DNA of 59,570 nt from Verrucomicrobiales bacterium (GCA_020845805.1 JADLFD010000416.1:1-59570); one strand, 5' to 3'. Shown: positions 41,751-51,165, counted from the stretch's first letter. Translations and numbers: made by a program. The notes: a model not told the origin generated them from the letters alone.

Positions 41751-42029
41751 ATGGATGTCTCCGCTTCCATCCCCGCCAACATCGAAGTCCTGATGGACGT
41801 CCCCGTGAAGCTCACGGTGGAACTCGGTTCCTGCCTCATGCCCATGCGTGATGTGCTCCAGTTGACCGCAGGCGCTGTGGTGCAGCTCGACAAGGTGGCC
41901 GACACTCCCGTCGACCTGTTCATCAATCAGAAGCGTATTGCCCGCGGGGAAGTGGTGGTGGTCGAAGATCGGTTTGGCATCAAGATCACGGAGATCTTCG
42001 GCAGCGTGGCCCCGCCCGAGCCCAAGTAA
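41751..42029 (+). CDS. fliN: Flagellar motor switch protein FliN
   Basis: 92 aa. The sequence has VPVKLTVELGSCLMPMRDVLQLTAGAVVQLDK...LFINQKRIARGEVVVVEDRFGIKITEI. Confidence 0.93.
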   Translation: MDVSASIPANIEVLMDVPVKLTVELGSCLMPMRDVLQLTAGAVVQLDKVADTPVDLFINQKRIARGEVVVVEDRFGIKITEIFGSVAPPEPK

Positions 42030-42217
42030 TCCGCCTCCTTCCCTCCCAGCCCTGCCTCCTCCGCCGGGTTCGCACTTAGCCCAGCGGTGGGGGTGTCTCC
42101 CTTATGCCCAGGGTCTTCCGGCGGATTCTGCCGGACCGCACCACAGACTCGGCAACTTCTGCCCTTCCGAACGCTTGAAGTCTGGTTAAGTCATTGATTT
42201 TAGGTGGGATCCGATTC

Positions 42218-42233
42218 CGGCACAGGTGCTGCT
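42218..42233 (+). promoter_or_regulatory. Sigma-54 promoter candidate for fliOPQR-flhBAF
   Basis: CGGCACAGGTGCTGCT has correct GG-N10-GC spacing and the same -12 TGCT as the other sites. It lies 34 nt upstream of the ATG at 42267, and the predicted TSS is close to the GTG at 42246. Confidence 0.5.
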
Positions 42234-42266
42234 TCGTGAAGGGTTGTGGTGACTTGTCATCCAAGG

Positions 42267-42758
42267 ATGGAGATCCCGGGGACACCCGGTCTTGCGCCAG
42301 GAAGGTGGCGCGGGCTGGGGGTGTTGCCTGGAGTTATCGCGGCTGTGGTGCTCACCGGCATGGCCGCCACCGCGGCCGAAACCAACACCGTCGCCTTCGC
42401 CGGCACGGAACCCCTGACGGGGGTCGGTTCGTCGGTGATCCGCGTGCTGAGCGCCTTGGGCATTACTCTCGGGCTCTTCTTCGCTGGCATCTGGCTCTTC
42501 CGGAACTGGCAGCGGTTGGTGGCTCGGCCCGGGCGGGCTCCTGCGCTCCAGATCCTCGAATGCCGCGCCCTCGGCGGTCGGCAATCTCTCTGGGTGGTTT
42601 CCTACCAGGGCCAGCGCATGCTGCTCGGGTCGTCTTCCGCCGGGATCTCGCTCCTGGCCCATCTGCCTGCCTCGGAGGAAGTGCGTCCGCCCGAACCCGT
42701 GCCGGCCGCGCTCGATTTCGCCTCCGCGTTTCAGCAAATCCTGGGTCGCAAGCCATGA
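42267..42758 (+). CDS. fliO: Flagellar biosynthesis protein FliO
   Basis: One TM segment (LSALGITLGLFFAGIWLF) is followed by LQILECRALGGRQSLWVVSYQGQRMLLGSS. The start is uncertain: ATG at 42267 or GTG at 42246. Confidence 0.8.
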   Translation: MEIPGTPGLAPGRWRGLGVLPGVIAAVVLTGMAATAAETNTVAFAGTEPLTGVGSSVIRVLSALGITLGLFFAGIWLFRNWQRLVARPGRAPALQILECRALGGRQSLWVVSYQGQRMLLGSSSAGISLLAHLPASEEVRPPEPVPAALDFASAFQQILGRKP

Positions 42759-43582
42759 ACACGCCTTCGACCTCACGTCGGGGCGGCCCGACCCTGGACC
42801 CTGGTTGGCGGCGCGGGCGGATCTGGCTGCTGTTGGGCCTGATGCTTGCCCTGGGCTGGGGTGCGATGGCGCAGACCGCCGGGACCACGGCGTCCACCAC
42901 CACCAGTGCGCCGTTCAGCCTCAACGTGGGGCTGCAAGGACTCTCCAAGCCGGGGGATGTCGACACCGCCATCAAGGTCCTTTTCACCCTCACGCTGCTC
43001 ACGCTGGCGCCGTCGATCATCCTCCTGATGACGTGCTTCACGCGCATCGTGATCGTCCTGTCGTTCGTGCGGAACGCGCTGTCCCTGCAGTCGGCTCCCG
43101 CCAACCAGATCATCATCGGGCTTTCGCTCTTCCTGACCTTTTTCATCATGGCCCCCGTCTGGGACCGCATCGAGGTGGAGGCTCTGGCCCCGTATCGCGA
43201 GGGGCAGATTGAGGGTGTGGAAGCGCTCGGCCGTGCCGCCGTGCCGGTGCGTTCCTTCATGCTCAAGCAGGCGCGCCCCAAGGATATCGAGCTCTTCGTC
43301 GGCCTGGCCAACCTGGGCCCGACCTCACCCGACTCCCTCCCACTCAAGGTGGTGGTGCCGGGGTTCATCATGAGCGAGCTGCGCACCGCCTTTCAAATGG
43401 GCTTCCTGCTGTTCGTGCCGTTCATCCTGATCGACCTGGTGGTGGCCACCGTGCTCATGAGCATGGGCATGATGATGATGCCGCCGATGACGATTTCGCT
43501 GCCGCTGAAGATCCTGCTCTTCGTCCTCGTGGACGGCTGGAACCTGGTCGTGAAGTCCGTGGTGTTGAGCTTTGGCGGCTAG
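42755..43582 (+). CDS. fliP: Flagellar export gate protein FliP
   Basis: The sequence has TLLTLAPSIILLMTCFTRIVIVLSFVRNALSLQ...PGFIMSELRTAFQMGFLLFVPFILIDLVV. The ATGA start overlaps the fliO stop. Confidence 0.93.
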   Translation: MNTPSTSRRGGPTLDPGWRRGRIWLLLGLMLALGWGAMAQTAGTTASTTTSAPFSLNVGLQGLSKPGDVDTAIKVLFTLTLLTLAPSIILLMTCFTRIVIVLSFVRNALSLQSAPANQIIIGLSLFLTFFIMAPVWDRIEVEALAPYREGQIEGVEALGRAAVPVRSFMLKQARPKDIELFVGLANLGPTSPDSLPLKVVVPGFIMSELRTAFQMGFLLFVPFILIDLVVATVLMSMGMMMMPPMTISLPLKILLFVLVDGWNLVVKSVVLSFGG

Positions 43583-43636
43583 GCACCAGGTCCGGTGTGA
43601 ACCGAGATCCCCATCCCGCAATCCTCTCCCCTCCTG

Positions 43637-43906
43637 ATGAACCCCGAATTCGCCACCGAGCTGATCCGATCGCTCATGTACCACGCGGTGACGCTGGCGT
43701 CGCCGGTGCTGCTGACCGCCATGACCATCGGCCTGGGCGTCAGCCTGTTTCAGGCCGTGTCGTCGATCAGCGAGCAGACGCTGTCGTTTGTACCCAAGGC
43801 CCTGGGGATCGTGAGCGTGCTGGTGATCCTGCTGCCCTGGATGTTGCGCACCGTGATCGAGTTCACCGTGGCGATCATCGAGCGCATTCCCCAGATGGCG
43901 CACTAA
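43637..43906 (+). CDS. fliQ: Flagellar export gate protein FliQ
   Basis: 89 aa. The sequence has SPVLLTAMTIGLGVSLFQAVSSISEQTLSFVPK. Confidence 0.93.
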   Translation: MNPEFATELIRSLMYHAVTLASPVLLTAMTIGLGVSLFQAVSSISEQTLSFVPKALGIVSVLVILLPWMLRTVIEFTVAIIERIPQMAH

Positions 43907-43939
43907 TCCTAGGCCGCTTCCCCCGATGGCTTCTCCGCC

Positions 43940-44713
43940 ATGATCACCCTCGAACTCCTCGCCACCTGGACCGTGATCTTCCTGCGCGCGAGCGGGCTGC
44001 TGGCGCTGTTTCCCGTCTTCTCCTCCCCCGGCATCCCCACCCGCGTTCGCATTTCGCTGGGCGTCCTGCTCGCCTTCCTGCTTTGCCCCCTGATCCCACC
44101 GGTGAACTGGGACGGACTCAGCCTCTGGGAGGTCATTGGTCGCATGACGATGGAAGTGGGAATCGGACTGATGTTCGGCTTTGTGACCAAGCTGATGTTC
44201 TTCGCCCTGGAGTTCGCGGGGCTGCTGATCAGCACCGAGATCGGCCTGAACATCCAGGCCATGTTCAATCCGGTGGGGAACCCGCAGTCGCCGGTGCCCG
44301 CGGCGATCCTCACCTATCTGGGCTCGGTGATCTGGCTGAGCCTGGACCTGCATCACTGGCTGCTGGTGGCGTTCCGCGAATCGTACCACGTCCTGCCCGT
44401 GGGTTCGGCCCAGCTGCAGGAGCCCATGGTGCGTGAGGTGCTTTCCTGGATTGGCGTGCTGTTCGTCACTGGACTCCAGATGGCGGCGCCGGTGATGGCG
44501 GTGTGCTTCCTGATTTCGTTGGTGTTCTCCGTGCTGGGTCGCGCGGTGTCCCAGATGAATGTGTTCACCGAGAGTTTCTCGGTGCGCCTGATGGTGGGTC
44601 TCGGCTTTTTCGGCGCAGGCATTCAGCTGCTGGGGCAGCAGATCGTGAACTTCCTGCATCGGATCCCGGACGACCTGATCCGCATCGCGCGGCTGCTGTC
44701 CACGCACGCCTGA
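43940..44713 (+). CDS. fliR: Flagellar export gate protein FliR
   Basis: A 257-aa polytopic membrane protein. The sequence has FLRASGLLALFPVF...GIGLMFGF. Confidence 0.9.
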   Translation: MITLELLATWTVIFLRASGLLALFPVFSSPGIPTRVRISLGVLLAFLLCPLIPPVNWDGLSLWEVIGRMTMEVGIGLMFGFVTKLMFFALEFAGLLISTEIGLNIQAMFNPVGNPQSPVPAAILTYLGSVIWLSLDLHHWLLVAFRESYHVLPVGSAQLQEPMVREVLSWIGVLFVTGLQMAAPVMAVCFLISLVFSVLGRAVSQMNVFTESFSVRLMVGLGFFGAGIQLLGQQIVNFLHRIPDDLIRIARLLSTHA

Positions 44714-44743
44714 CGAGAGAACGACCCTCCGACCTGCCATGCC

Positions 44744-45832
44744 ATGAGCGAGGATACGGGCGAGAAAACGGAGCAACCGACAGCGAAAAGGCTGGAGGAA
44801 GCCTGGAGTCGCGGACAGTTCGCGCGCAGCGCCGAGATCCAGACTGTCGTGGTGCTGGGGGCCGGGTTCATGGCGCTCATGGTCACGGGCGGCGACGCCT
44901 GGCGGATGCTGGGCAACACCCTCATCGGCACGCTGGGTCACCTGCATGAAATCCCGTTGTCCTTGAACAGCATGCAGCGCACCGCCGCGGAAGGCGCCGC
45001 GGCCGTCGCGTGGTGTGTCGGGCCCATTGTGGGATCCATCGCCCTAGCGGCCCTGTTGGTCGGGGGCATGCAGAGTCGGTTTCGCACCGCCACCGAGGCG
45101 CTGCGCATCGACTGGGAGCGCGTGAATCCGATGGGCGGCTTCCAACGCATCTTCTCCACCGGCTCGTCCGTCGCGCTGGCCATCGGGCTCGCCAAGCTGG
45201 TTGTCATCGGGACCCTGACCTGGAATGTGATCCGTGGGGTGATGGACGATCCGATCTTCACCAGTGCCGTGGACCTCGTGCGCATCGGCGAGTTCATGAC
45301 CGGGTCGGCGCGCAGCATCGTGCTGCGGGTGCTGTTCTCCCTCGGCGTGATCGCGGTCATCGACTACGGCTACCAGTTTTACAAGACGCAGCAGGATTTG
45401 ATGATGACCAAGGAGGAGCTGAAGGAGGAGGTGAAGCACTCCGAGGGCAATCCGCAGATGAAGGGCCGCATGCGCCGGCGCGCGCAGGCGCTTTCCAAGC
45501 GCAAGATGCTCCAGGACGTGGCCACGGCGGACGTGGTGGTAACCAACCCCACCCACCTGGCAGTGGCCCTGCGTTACGATCGCAAGACCATGCGTGCACC
45601 GAAGATCGTGGCCAAGGGCTCGCGACTGAACGCGCTGCGCATCCGCGAGATCGCGACGCAGAACCAGGTCCCGATTCTCGAGAACAAGCCGCTGGCACGA
45701 ATGATGTTCAAGCATGGGCGCGTGGGCGCGGAGATCCCCGCCAACCTATATGCCGCGGTGGCCGAGGTGCTGGCCTGGGTCTACCGCGTGAACGCCTACC
45801 GCTATTACCGGGAGCAACATGGCACTGTCTAA
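44744..45832 (+). CDS. flhB: Flagellar export switch protein FlhB
   Basis: The sequence has GEKTEQPTAKRLEEAWSRGQFARS and MMTKEELKEEVKHSEGNPQ. The autocleavage site is VVVTNPTHLAVAL. Confidence 0.93.
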   Translation: MSEDTGEKTEQPTAKRLEEAWSRGQFARSAEIQTVVVLGAGFMALMVTGGDAWRMLGNTLIGTLGHLHEIPLSLNSMQRTAAEGAAAVAWCVGPIVGSIALAALLVGGMQSRFRTATEALRIDWERVNPMGGFQRIFSTGSSVALAIGLAKLVVIGTLTWNVIRGVMDDPIFTSAVDLVRIGEFMTGSARSIVLRVLFSLGVIAVIDYGYQFYKTQQDLMMTKEELKEEVKHSEGNPQMKGRMRRRAQALSKRKMLQDVATADVVVTNPTHLAVALRYDRKTMRAPKIVAKGSRLNALRIREIATQNQVPILENKPLARMMFKHGRVGAEIPANLYAAVAEVLAWVYRVNAYRYYREQHGTV

Positions 45833-47975
45833 ACCCAAGGCGACGGCGGCGCAGAAGTCGGCCATCGGCCGTCTGTTCGGGAACGGGGATCTGATCCTGA
45901 CTTTCGCGATTTTCGGCACCTTGATGCTGATGATCGTGCCGGTGGCGCCGGCGTTGCTCGACGTCTTCATCGCCATCAGCATCGCCATGTCGCTGCTGAT
46001 CCTGCTGGTCATCCTGTATGTGAAGGAACCGGCGGACTTCACCGGTTTCCCCACGCTGCTGCTGTTCATCACGCTCTACCGGTTGGCACTGAACATCGCC
46101 TCCACCCGGTTGATCCTCATCGACGGCAACGCCGGGCACATCATCCAGGCTTTCGGACAGTTCGTGGTGCGAGGGAACTACGTGGTGGGGTTCGTCGTCT
46201 TCGCCATCCTGGTGATCATCAACTTCATCGTCATCACCAAGGGCGCCGGCCGCATCGCCGAGGTGGCCGCGCGGTTCACCCTCGACGCCATGCCGGGCAA
46301 GCAGATGGCGATCGATGCCGAACTCAACGCCGGCATCATCAACGAAGCCGACGCCCGCGCCCGACGCAAGCGGGTGGAGCAGGAGGCGGATTTTTACGGG
46401 GCCATGGACGGTGCCTCCAAGTTCGTGCGGGGCGACGCCATTGCCGCCATCCTCATCACCATCATCAACATCGTGGGCGGCTTCGCGATCGGCATCATGC
46501 AGAAGAACATGCAGGTGCAGGATGCGCTGCAGCAGTTCACGCTGCTCTCCATCGGTGACGGTCTCGTCTCGCAGATTCCCGCCCTGATCACCTCCACCGC
46601 GGCCGGTATCCTGGTCACGCGCGCCGCCGCCAAGGACGACCTGGGCCGCGAACTCAGCAAACAGCTGCTGTTCTTCCCGCGCGCCATGTACGTGCTGGCT
46701 GCGATGCTGGGCATGTTCGCCCTCGTGCCCGGCCTGCCTTCCTTGATCTTTCTCGGTCTGGCCGGGATCTCCTTCTTCCTGGGTCGCAGTCTCAAGGAGC
46801 ACGCCGCCCAATTGTCGCCCAGCATGGAGCCGGGCATGGCCAGCTCCTCCGCCGGCGCCGCGTCGGGTCAGTCCCCGGCTGGCGCCCAGGCCGGCGCCGC
46901 CGGCACGGCCAAACCCGCCGCCAGCGGTCCGGACAAACTCGAGAACCTCCTCTCGCTCGACGCCCTGCAGATCGAACTCGGCTACGGCCTGGTCAGCCTG
47001 GCGGATGCGCGGCGCGGCGGCGACCTCCTCGAGCGGGTGACTGGCGTCCGGAAGACCTTCGCTTCCGAGATGGGAATTATCGTCCCGCCCATCCGGTTGC
47101 GCGACAATCTGCAGCTCGGCGCCAACGAGTACCGCTTCCTGCTCAAAGGCAACCCGCTGGTGCAGGGCGAGATCATGCCGGGCCACTGGCTGGCCATGAA
47201 CGCCACGCAGAGCAAGGTGGTGCTCAAGGGAGTGCCGACCGTCGAGCCGGTGTTCAAGCTGCCTGCCACCTGGATCACCGAGGTCGAACGCCGCAATGCC
47301 GAGACCGCCGGTTACACCGTGGTCGATGCCGCCTCGGTCCTCGTCACGCATCTCAGCGAGACCGTCAAACGCAACGCGCACGAGATCCTCTCACGCCAGG
47401 ATGTCCAGAACCTCGTGGACAACCTGAAGCAGACGCATCCGGCGGTGGTGAGCGAACTCATTCCGGGCATGCTCAACCTCGGCCAGGTCCAGCGCATCCT
47501 CCAGAACCTGCTGGCCGAGGGGATCTCCATCCGGAACCTCGCTGGCATCCTCGAGAAGGTCGGCGACTACGTGACGGTGACCAAGAACCCGGACGAACTC
47601 TCCGAGCACGCCCGCCGCGCGCTCGGCTGGCAGATCGTGAAGCAATACCAGACCGAGACCGGCTGCGTGCGCGCCATCACGCTCGATCCGAAGCTGGAAC
47701 AACTCATCGCCCAGGGCGTGCGCCACACACCGACCGATGTCTCTCTGGTCATGGAACCGCGTCTCGCGCGGCATATCGTGGACACGCTGTCCCAGCGGGT
47801 GCAGCAGCTGCTCTCCGTGGGCAATCCGCCCGTGGTTCTGTGCGGACCCCAGATCCGGCTCGCCTTCCGCCGCTTTTTCGAGACCACGTTCGCCGAACTC
47901 GCCGTGCTGTCCTACGCGGAGATCCCGCCCCGCGTGGAGATCCAGAGCGCGACCACCCTCCCGGCGCTCGAATGA
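45819..47975 (+). CDS. flhA: Flagellar export gate protein FlhA
   Basis: 718 aa. The sequence has FPTLLLFITLYRLALNIASTRLIL and GAMDGASKFVRGDAIA. Confidence 0.95.
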   Translation: MALSKPKATAAQKSAIGRLFGNGDLILTFAIFGTLMLMIVPVAPALLDVFIAISIAMSLLILLVILYVKEPADFTGFPTLLLFITLYRLALNIASTRLILIDGNAGHIIQAFGQFVVRGNYVVGFVVFAILVIINFIVITKGAGRIAEVAARFTLDAMPGKQMAIDAELNAGIINEADARARRKRVEQEADFYGAMDGASKFVRGDAIAAILITIINIVGGFAIGIMQKNMQVQDALQQFTLLSIGDGLVSQIPALITSTAAGILVTRAAAKDDLGRELSKQLLFFPRAMYVLAAMLGMFALVPGLPSLIFLGLAGISFFLGRSLKEHAAQLSPSMEPGMASSSAGAASGQSPAGAQAGAAGTAKPAASGPDKLENLLSLDALQIELGYGLVSLADARRGGDLLERVTGVRKTFASEMGIIVPPIRLRDNLQLGANEYRFLLKGNPLVQGEIMPGHWLAMNATQSKVVLKGVPTVEPVFKLPATWITEVERRNAETAGYTVVDAASVLVTHLSETVKRNAHEILSRQDVQNLVDNLKQTHPAVVSELIPGMLNLGQVQRILQNLLAEGISIRNLAGILEKVGDYVTVTKNPDELSEHARRALGWQIVKQYQTETGCVRAITLDPKLEQLIAQGVRHTPTDVSLVMEPRLARHIVDTLSQRVQQLLSVGNPPVVLCGPQIRLAFRRFFETTFAELAVLSYAEIPPRVEIQSATTLPALE

Positions 47976-48022
47976 ACCCGTTTCCTCGTGCACCGCTGCT
48001 GCGGCCCTGAACCCGATCTCCT

Positions 48023-49129
48023 GTGGAACTCGTCTCATTTATCGCCGAATCCGCCGCGGACGCCGCCACCAAGGTGCGTGAACGCCTGGGCGCCACCGCC
48101 GTGGTGGTGAATGTGCGGCCCATGCCGCCGGTGGCCCGAACCTGGTTCTCCCGCAAACGCCCGCGCTTTGAGATCCTCGCCTACCGCCCGGAAGCGGGGG
48201 AGACCACACCGCGCCTCGACGCCACCTCGGATGCCCCGGCGGTGCCGTCCCGGGAGACCGTCCCGACGCTCGTCACCGAGCGAAACCGGCAGGAGACACC
48301 CGCCATTGCCGCCTGGGACTCCCCCGAGACACCCGCGGTCCCGGAGACCGAGCCACGCGCCGGTGGCGGCGGGTGGCGTATTGGAGGATTGCTGGAGGCC
48401 TCGGGATTCCTGGCCTCCAACGCGCAGCGGGTGGTGGATGAGTTGCGCCGCGAGCACGGTGACGAGCCGCCGGTGGCCATGGCCGAGGAGCTGAGGCTGG
48501 CCCGCGCGGCGCTGACGAAACTATGGCGCGCACCGGCGGGCCGCGGTTGGGAAGGACGGCCCCACGTGCTCATCGGGCCACCGGGAACCGGGAAAACCAC
48601 CTGCCTCTGCAAATGGCTCACGCAGGTGGTGCTGGGCGAAGGGCGTCCGGTCCGCGTCTGGCGGCTCGATGGCCAGACGGCCAATACCGGTGAATCGCTT
48701 TCGGTGTATTGCGAGATCCTGGGAGTCCCCCTGGAACGCGTCTGGGCGCCGGAGGATTCGGGCGCGACCGCCGTGGGCGGCGAGGAGATGCGCTGGGTCG
48801 ATCTGCCCGGGGTGGATTACCGCAGCGCGGCGGCGGTGGAGGGATTGCGCGCGCAGATCGAGGCGTTGGGAGCGCCGGTGGTGCACCTCGTGGTGAACGG
48901 GGCCTATGACACCGCCCTGCTGCTGCGCCAGGTGCGCGCGTTTTCGCGGCTGCCCATCGACGACGTGGTGGTGACCCACCTCGATGAGGAGTCCCGCTGG
49001 GGCAAAATTTGGAACCTCGTGTTGGGCACGAATTTCTCCGTCCGTTTCCTCAGTGCCGGGCAAAACATTCCGGGCGAGTTCCTTTCGGCGACCGCCGAGC
49101 AGGTGATGGCCCGCCAGTTTCCGGCGTAA
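48023..49129 (+). CDS. flhF: Flagellar SRP-type GTPase FlhF
   Basis: The start codon is GTG. The N-terminus is ELVSFIAESAADAATKVRERLG. G1 is GPPGTGKTT, G3 is DLPG and G4 is VTHLDE. Confidence 0.88.
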   Translation: MELVSFIAESAADAATKVRERLGATAVVVNVRPMPPVARTWFSRKRPRFEILAYRPEAGETTPRLDATSDAPAVPSRETVPTLVTERNRQETPAIAAWDSPETPAVPETEPRAGGGGWRIGGLLEASGFLASNAQRVVDELRREHGDEPPVAMAEELRLARAALTKLWRAPAGRGWEGRPHVLIGPPGTGKTTCLCKWLTQVVLGEGRPVRVWRLDGQTANTGESLSVYCEILGVPLERVWAPEDSGATAVGGEEMRWVDLPGVDYRSAAAVEGLRAQIEALGAPVVHLVVNGAYDTALLLRQVRAFSRLPIDDVVVTHLDEESRWGKIWNLVLGTNFSVRFLSAGQNIPGEFLSATAEQVMARQFPA

Positions 49130-49169
49130 GTCGCTGATTTTCAGTCGGTGAATGGTTCTAAGAGGGATG

Positions 49170-49185
49170 TGGCAAGGGACTTGCT
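49170..49185 (+). promoter_or_regulatory. Sigma-54 promoter for small-membrane-protein/fliA/motAB unit
   Basis: TGGCAAGGGACTTGCT has exact spacing. It lies 26 nt upstream of the ATG at 49211. Confidence 0.7.
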
Positions 49186-49210
49186 TAGAGGGAACCGCGG
49201 TTGCTGCGTT

Positions 49211-49450
49211 ATGAAGTTCCTGATGCTGCTAGGTGGTGTGACGGGATTCGGGGTGGGGCTGGGGACCAGCCTGATGTTCGAGCGCCCGTGGACGACGGGT
49301 CTTTGGCACGGATGCCTGGCCGCCTACGCAATGGGAATGGGGTTCCGGTGGTGGGGGAGGACCTGGGAAACCGGTCTTCGATCTGCCCTCACGGAAAAGC
49401 AGACGGCGGCCGCGCACGAAAGCAGTCCACCTACAACGAATAAGCGATGA
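49211..49450 (+). CDS. Small two-TM membrane protein (occupies the usual flhG slot)
   Basis: 79 aa. The sequence has MKFLMLLGGVTGFGVGLGTSLMF...GLWHGCLAAYAMGMGFRWW. The stop overlaps the fliA start. Confidence 0.55.
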   Translation: MKFLMLLGGVTGFGVGLGTSLMFERPWTTGLWHGCLAAYAMGMGFRWWGRTWETGLRSALTEKQTAAAHESSPPTTNKR

Positions 49451-50286
49451 GCGCCCAAACTTCTTCCCTGGTCGAAACGGCCACAGCCTCGACCCCGGCC
49501 GCTGATGTGCTGGTCGATGTGGCTCAACTGTGGAAGGCCTATGGCAGGGCAGGGCAGGGCAGTGCGGTGGAAAGCCAGCTCGTGGAGCGGCATCTGCCCC
49601 TCGTGCGCACGGTGGTTGGCCGTATCGCCATGTCGCTGCCGCCCCATGTCGACGTGGAGGATCTGCACAGCGCCGGACTGGTCGGACTGCTCAACGCCAT
49701 CCGCCGCTTCAACCCCAAGAGCGGGGCTTCCTTCGAGACTTACGCGCGCCTGCGTATCCGCGGCGCGGTCCTGGACGAACTCCGTCGCCTCGACTGGGTG
49801 CCGCGCTCGGTGCACGAGAAGGCGCGCCGGGTCCAGGACGTCATGCTCCAGCTCGAGCAGCAGAAGGGCAGGGTCCCCACCGAGGACGAGATGGCGCGCG
49901 CGATGAAGATCTCCCTCGAGGAATACCGCGACCTGCTGACCGAGATCCGGCCGGCCACCTTCGTCTGTCTGGACTCCGTGCGCAGCATCGAGGGGGAAGA
50001 AGGCCCGCGGCACGGAGATCTCCTGGCCGACGAGAGCGCGGAGAGCCCGGGCGACCGCACCGCGGTGCGCGAGTTGGCGGCGCTCATTGCCAAGCGCATC
50101 GAGGAACTTCCCGAGGTGCAGCGCAAGGTGCTGGCCCTCTACTATTTTGAAGATTTACGCCTGCGCGAGATCGCCGAGGTTTTCGGAGTTACCGAGTCTC
50201 GGATCTGCCAGATCCACGCGCAGGCGATCCTTTCCCTCAAGACGTACCTCCGGCGGCACGACCCGGACGTCCTCGCGCTGCGCTGA
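49447..50286 (+). CDS. fliA: Flagellar sigma factor FliA (sigma-28)
   Basis: Region 2 reads HLPLVRTVVGRI...DLHSAGLVGLLNAIRRFNP...FETYARLRIRGAVLDELR. Region 4 reads LPEVQRKVLALYYFEDLRLREIAEVFGVTESRICQIHAQA. Confidence 0.92.
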   Translation: MSAQTSSLVETATASTPAADVLVDVAQLWKAYGRAGQGSAVESQLVERHLPLVRTVVGRIAMSLPPHVDVEDLHSAGLVGLLNAIRRFNPKSGASFETYARLRIRGAVLDELRRLDWVPRSVHEKARRVQDVMLQLEQQKGRVPTEDEMARAMKISLEEYRDLLTEIRPATFVCLDSVRSIEGEEGPRHGDLLADESAESPGDRTAVRELAALIAKRIEELPEVQRKVLALYYFEDLRLREIAEVFGVTESRICQIHAQAILSLKTYLRRHDPDVLALR

Positions 50287-50298
50287 AAGAGAACGGCC

Positions 50299-51165
50299 AT
50301 GATCATCCTCATCGGAGTTTTCATCGTCTTCGCCTCCGTGCTGGGAGGCTTCATGATGGCAGGGGGCCAGCTCGGCTCCCTGATGCACCCCTCCGAGTTT
50401 GTGTCCATCTGCGGCGCTGCCCTGGGTGCGCTGGTCATCATGTCGCCCAAGCGCGTCATCATCGACATCGTCAAGCGCACCATCGCCTCGCTCAAGGGCT
50501 CCCCCTACGGCAAGGCCGAGTACGAGGAGCTCTTTAAGGCGTTGTACGAGCTCTTCATGCTCGGGCGTCGCAACGGAATGATCGCCCTCGAGGAACACGT
50601 GATGAAGCCCGAGGCGAGCAGCATCTTCTCCAAGTACCCCAAGTTCCTCTCCAACCATCATGCCGTGGATTTCCTCTGCAGCGGCCTGCGCCCCATCGTC
50701 GACGGCAAGATCAAGCCCGACCAGTTGAAGCTCCTGCTGGATATCGAGATCCAGAGCATGGAGACGGAGGAACACGAGCCGGTGGACGTGCTGAGCAAGG
50801 TGGCGGACGCCATGCCCGGCTTCGGCATCGTCGCCGCCGTCATGGGCATCGTGATCACCATGGGAGCCATCGCCGGTCCCATCGAGGAAATCGGCCATAA
50901 GGTCGCCGCGGCGCTGGTCGGAACCTTCCTCGGGATCTTCGTCTCTTACGGCTTCATGAACCCGCTCGCGGTCAACATCGGCTTCATGAACGCCGCCGCC
51001 ATGGCCTACATCCGCTGCATCGCCACCGCCGTCGTCGGCTTCGCCAACGGCATGGCCCCCCTCATGGCCATCGAAGTGGCCCGCCGCGGCCTCAACTCCG
51101 AGGTCAAGCCCAAGGCCGACGTGCTCGAGCAAATGCTCAAGTCCGTGGGCTCGGGCAAGAAATAG
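50299..51165 (+). CDS. motA: Flagellar stator protein MotA
   Basis: A 288-aa, four-TM protein. The sequence has ADAMPGFGIVAAVMGIV...ALVGTFLGIFVSYGF. Confidence 0.92.
   Translation: MIILIGVFIVFASVLGGFMMAGGQLGSLMHPSEFVSICGAALGALVIMSPKRVIIDIVKRTIASLKGSPYGKAEYEELFKALYELFMLGRRNGMIALEEHVMKPEASSIFSKYPKFLSNHHAVDFLCSGLRPIVDGKIKPDQLKLLLDIEIQSMETEEHEPVDVLSKVADAMPGFGIVAAVMGIVITMGAIAGPIEEIGHKVAAALVGTFLGIFVSYGFMNPLAVNIGFMNAAAMAYIRCIATAVVGFANGMAPLMAIEVARRGLNSEVKPKADVLEQMLKSVGSGKK

Noticed and set aside
45558-45573. Correctly spaced sigma-54-like hits inside coding sequence: TGGCAGTGGCCCTGCG in flhB (45558..45573) and TGGCAGGGGGCCAGCT in motA (50357..50372).
   Set aside because: They lie deep inside ORFs and have weaker -12 elements. 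Their number is about what chance predicts for this composition. An internal flhA promoter cannot be excluded.
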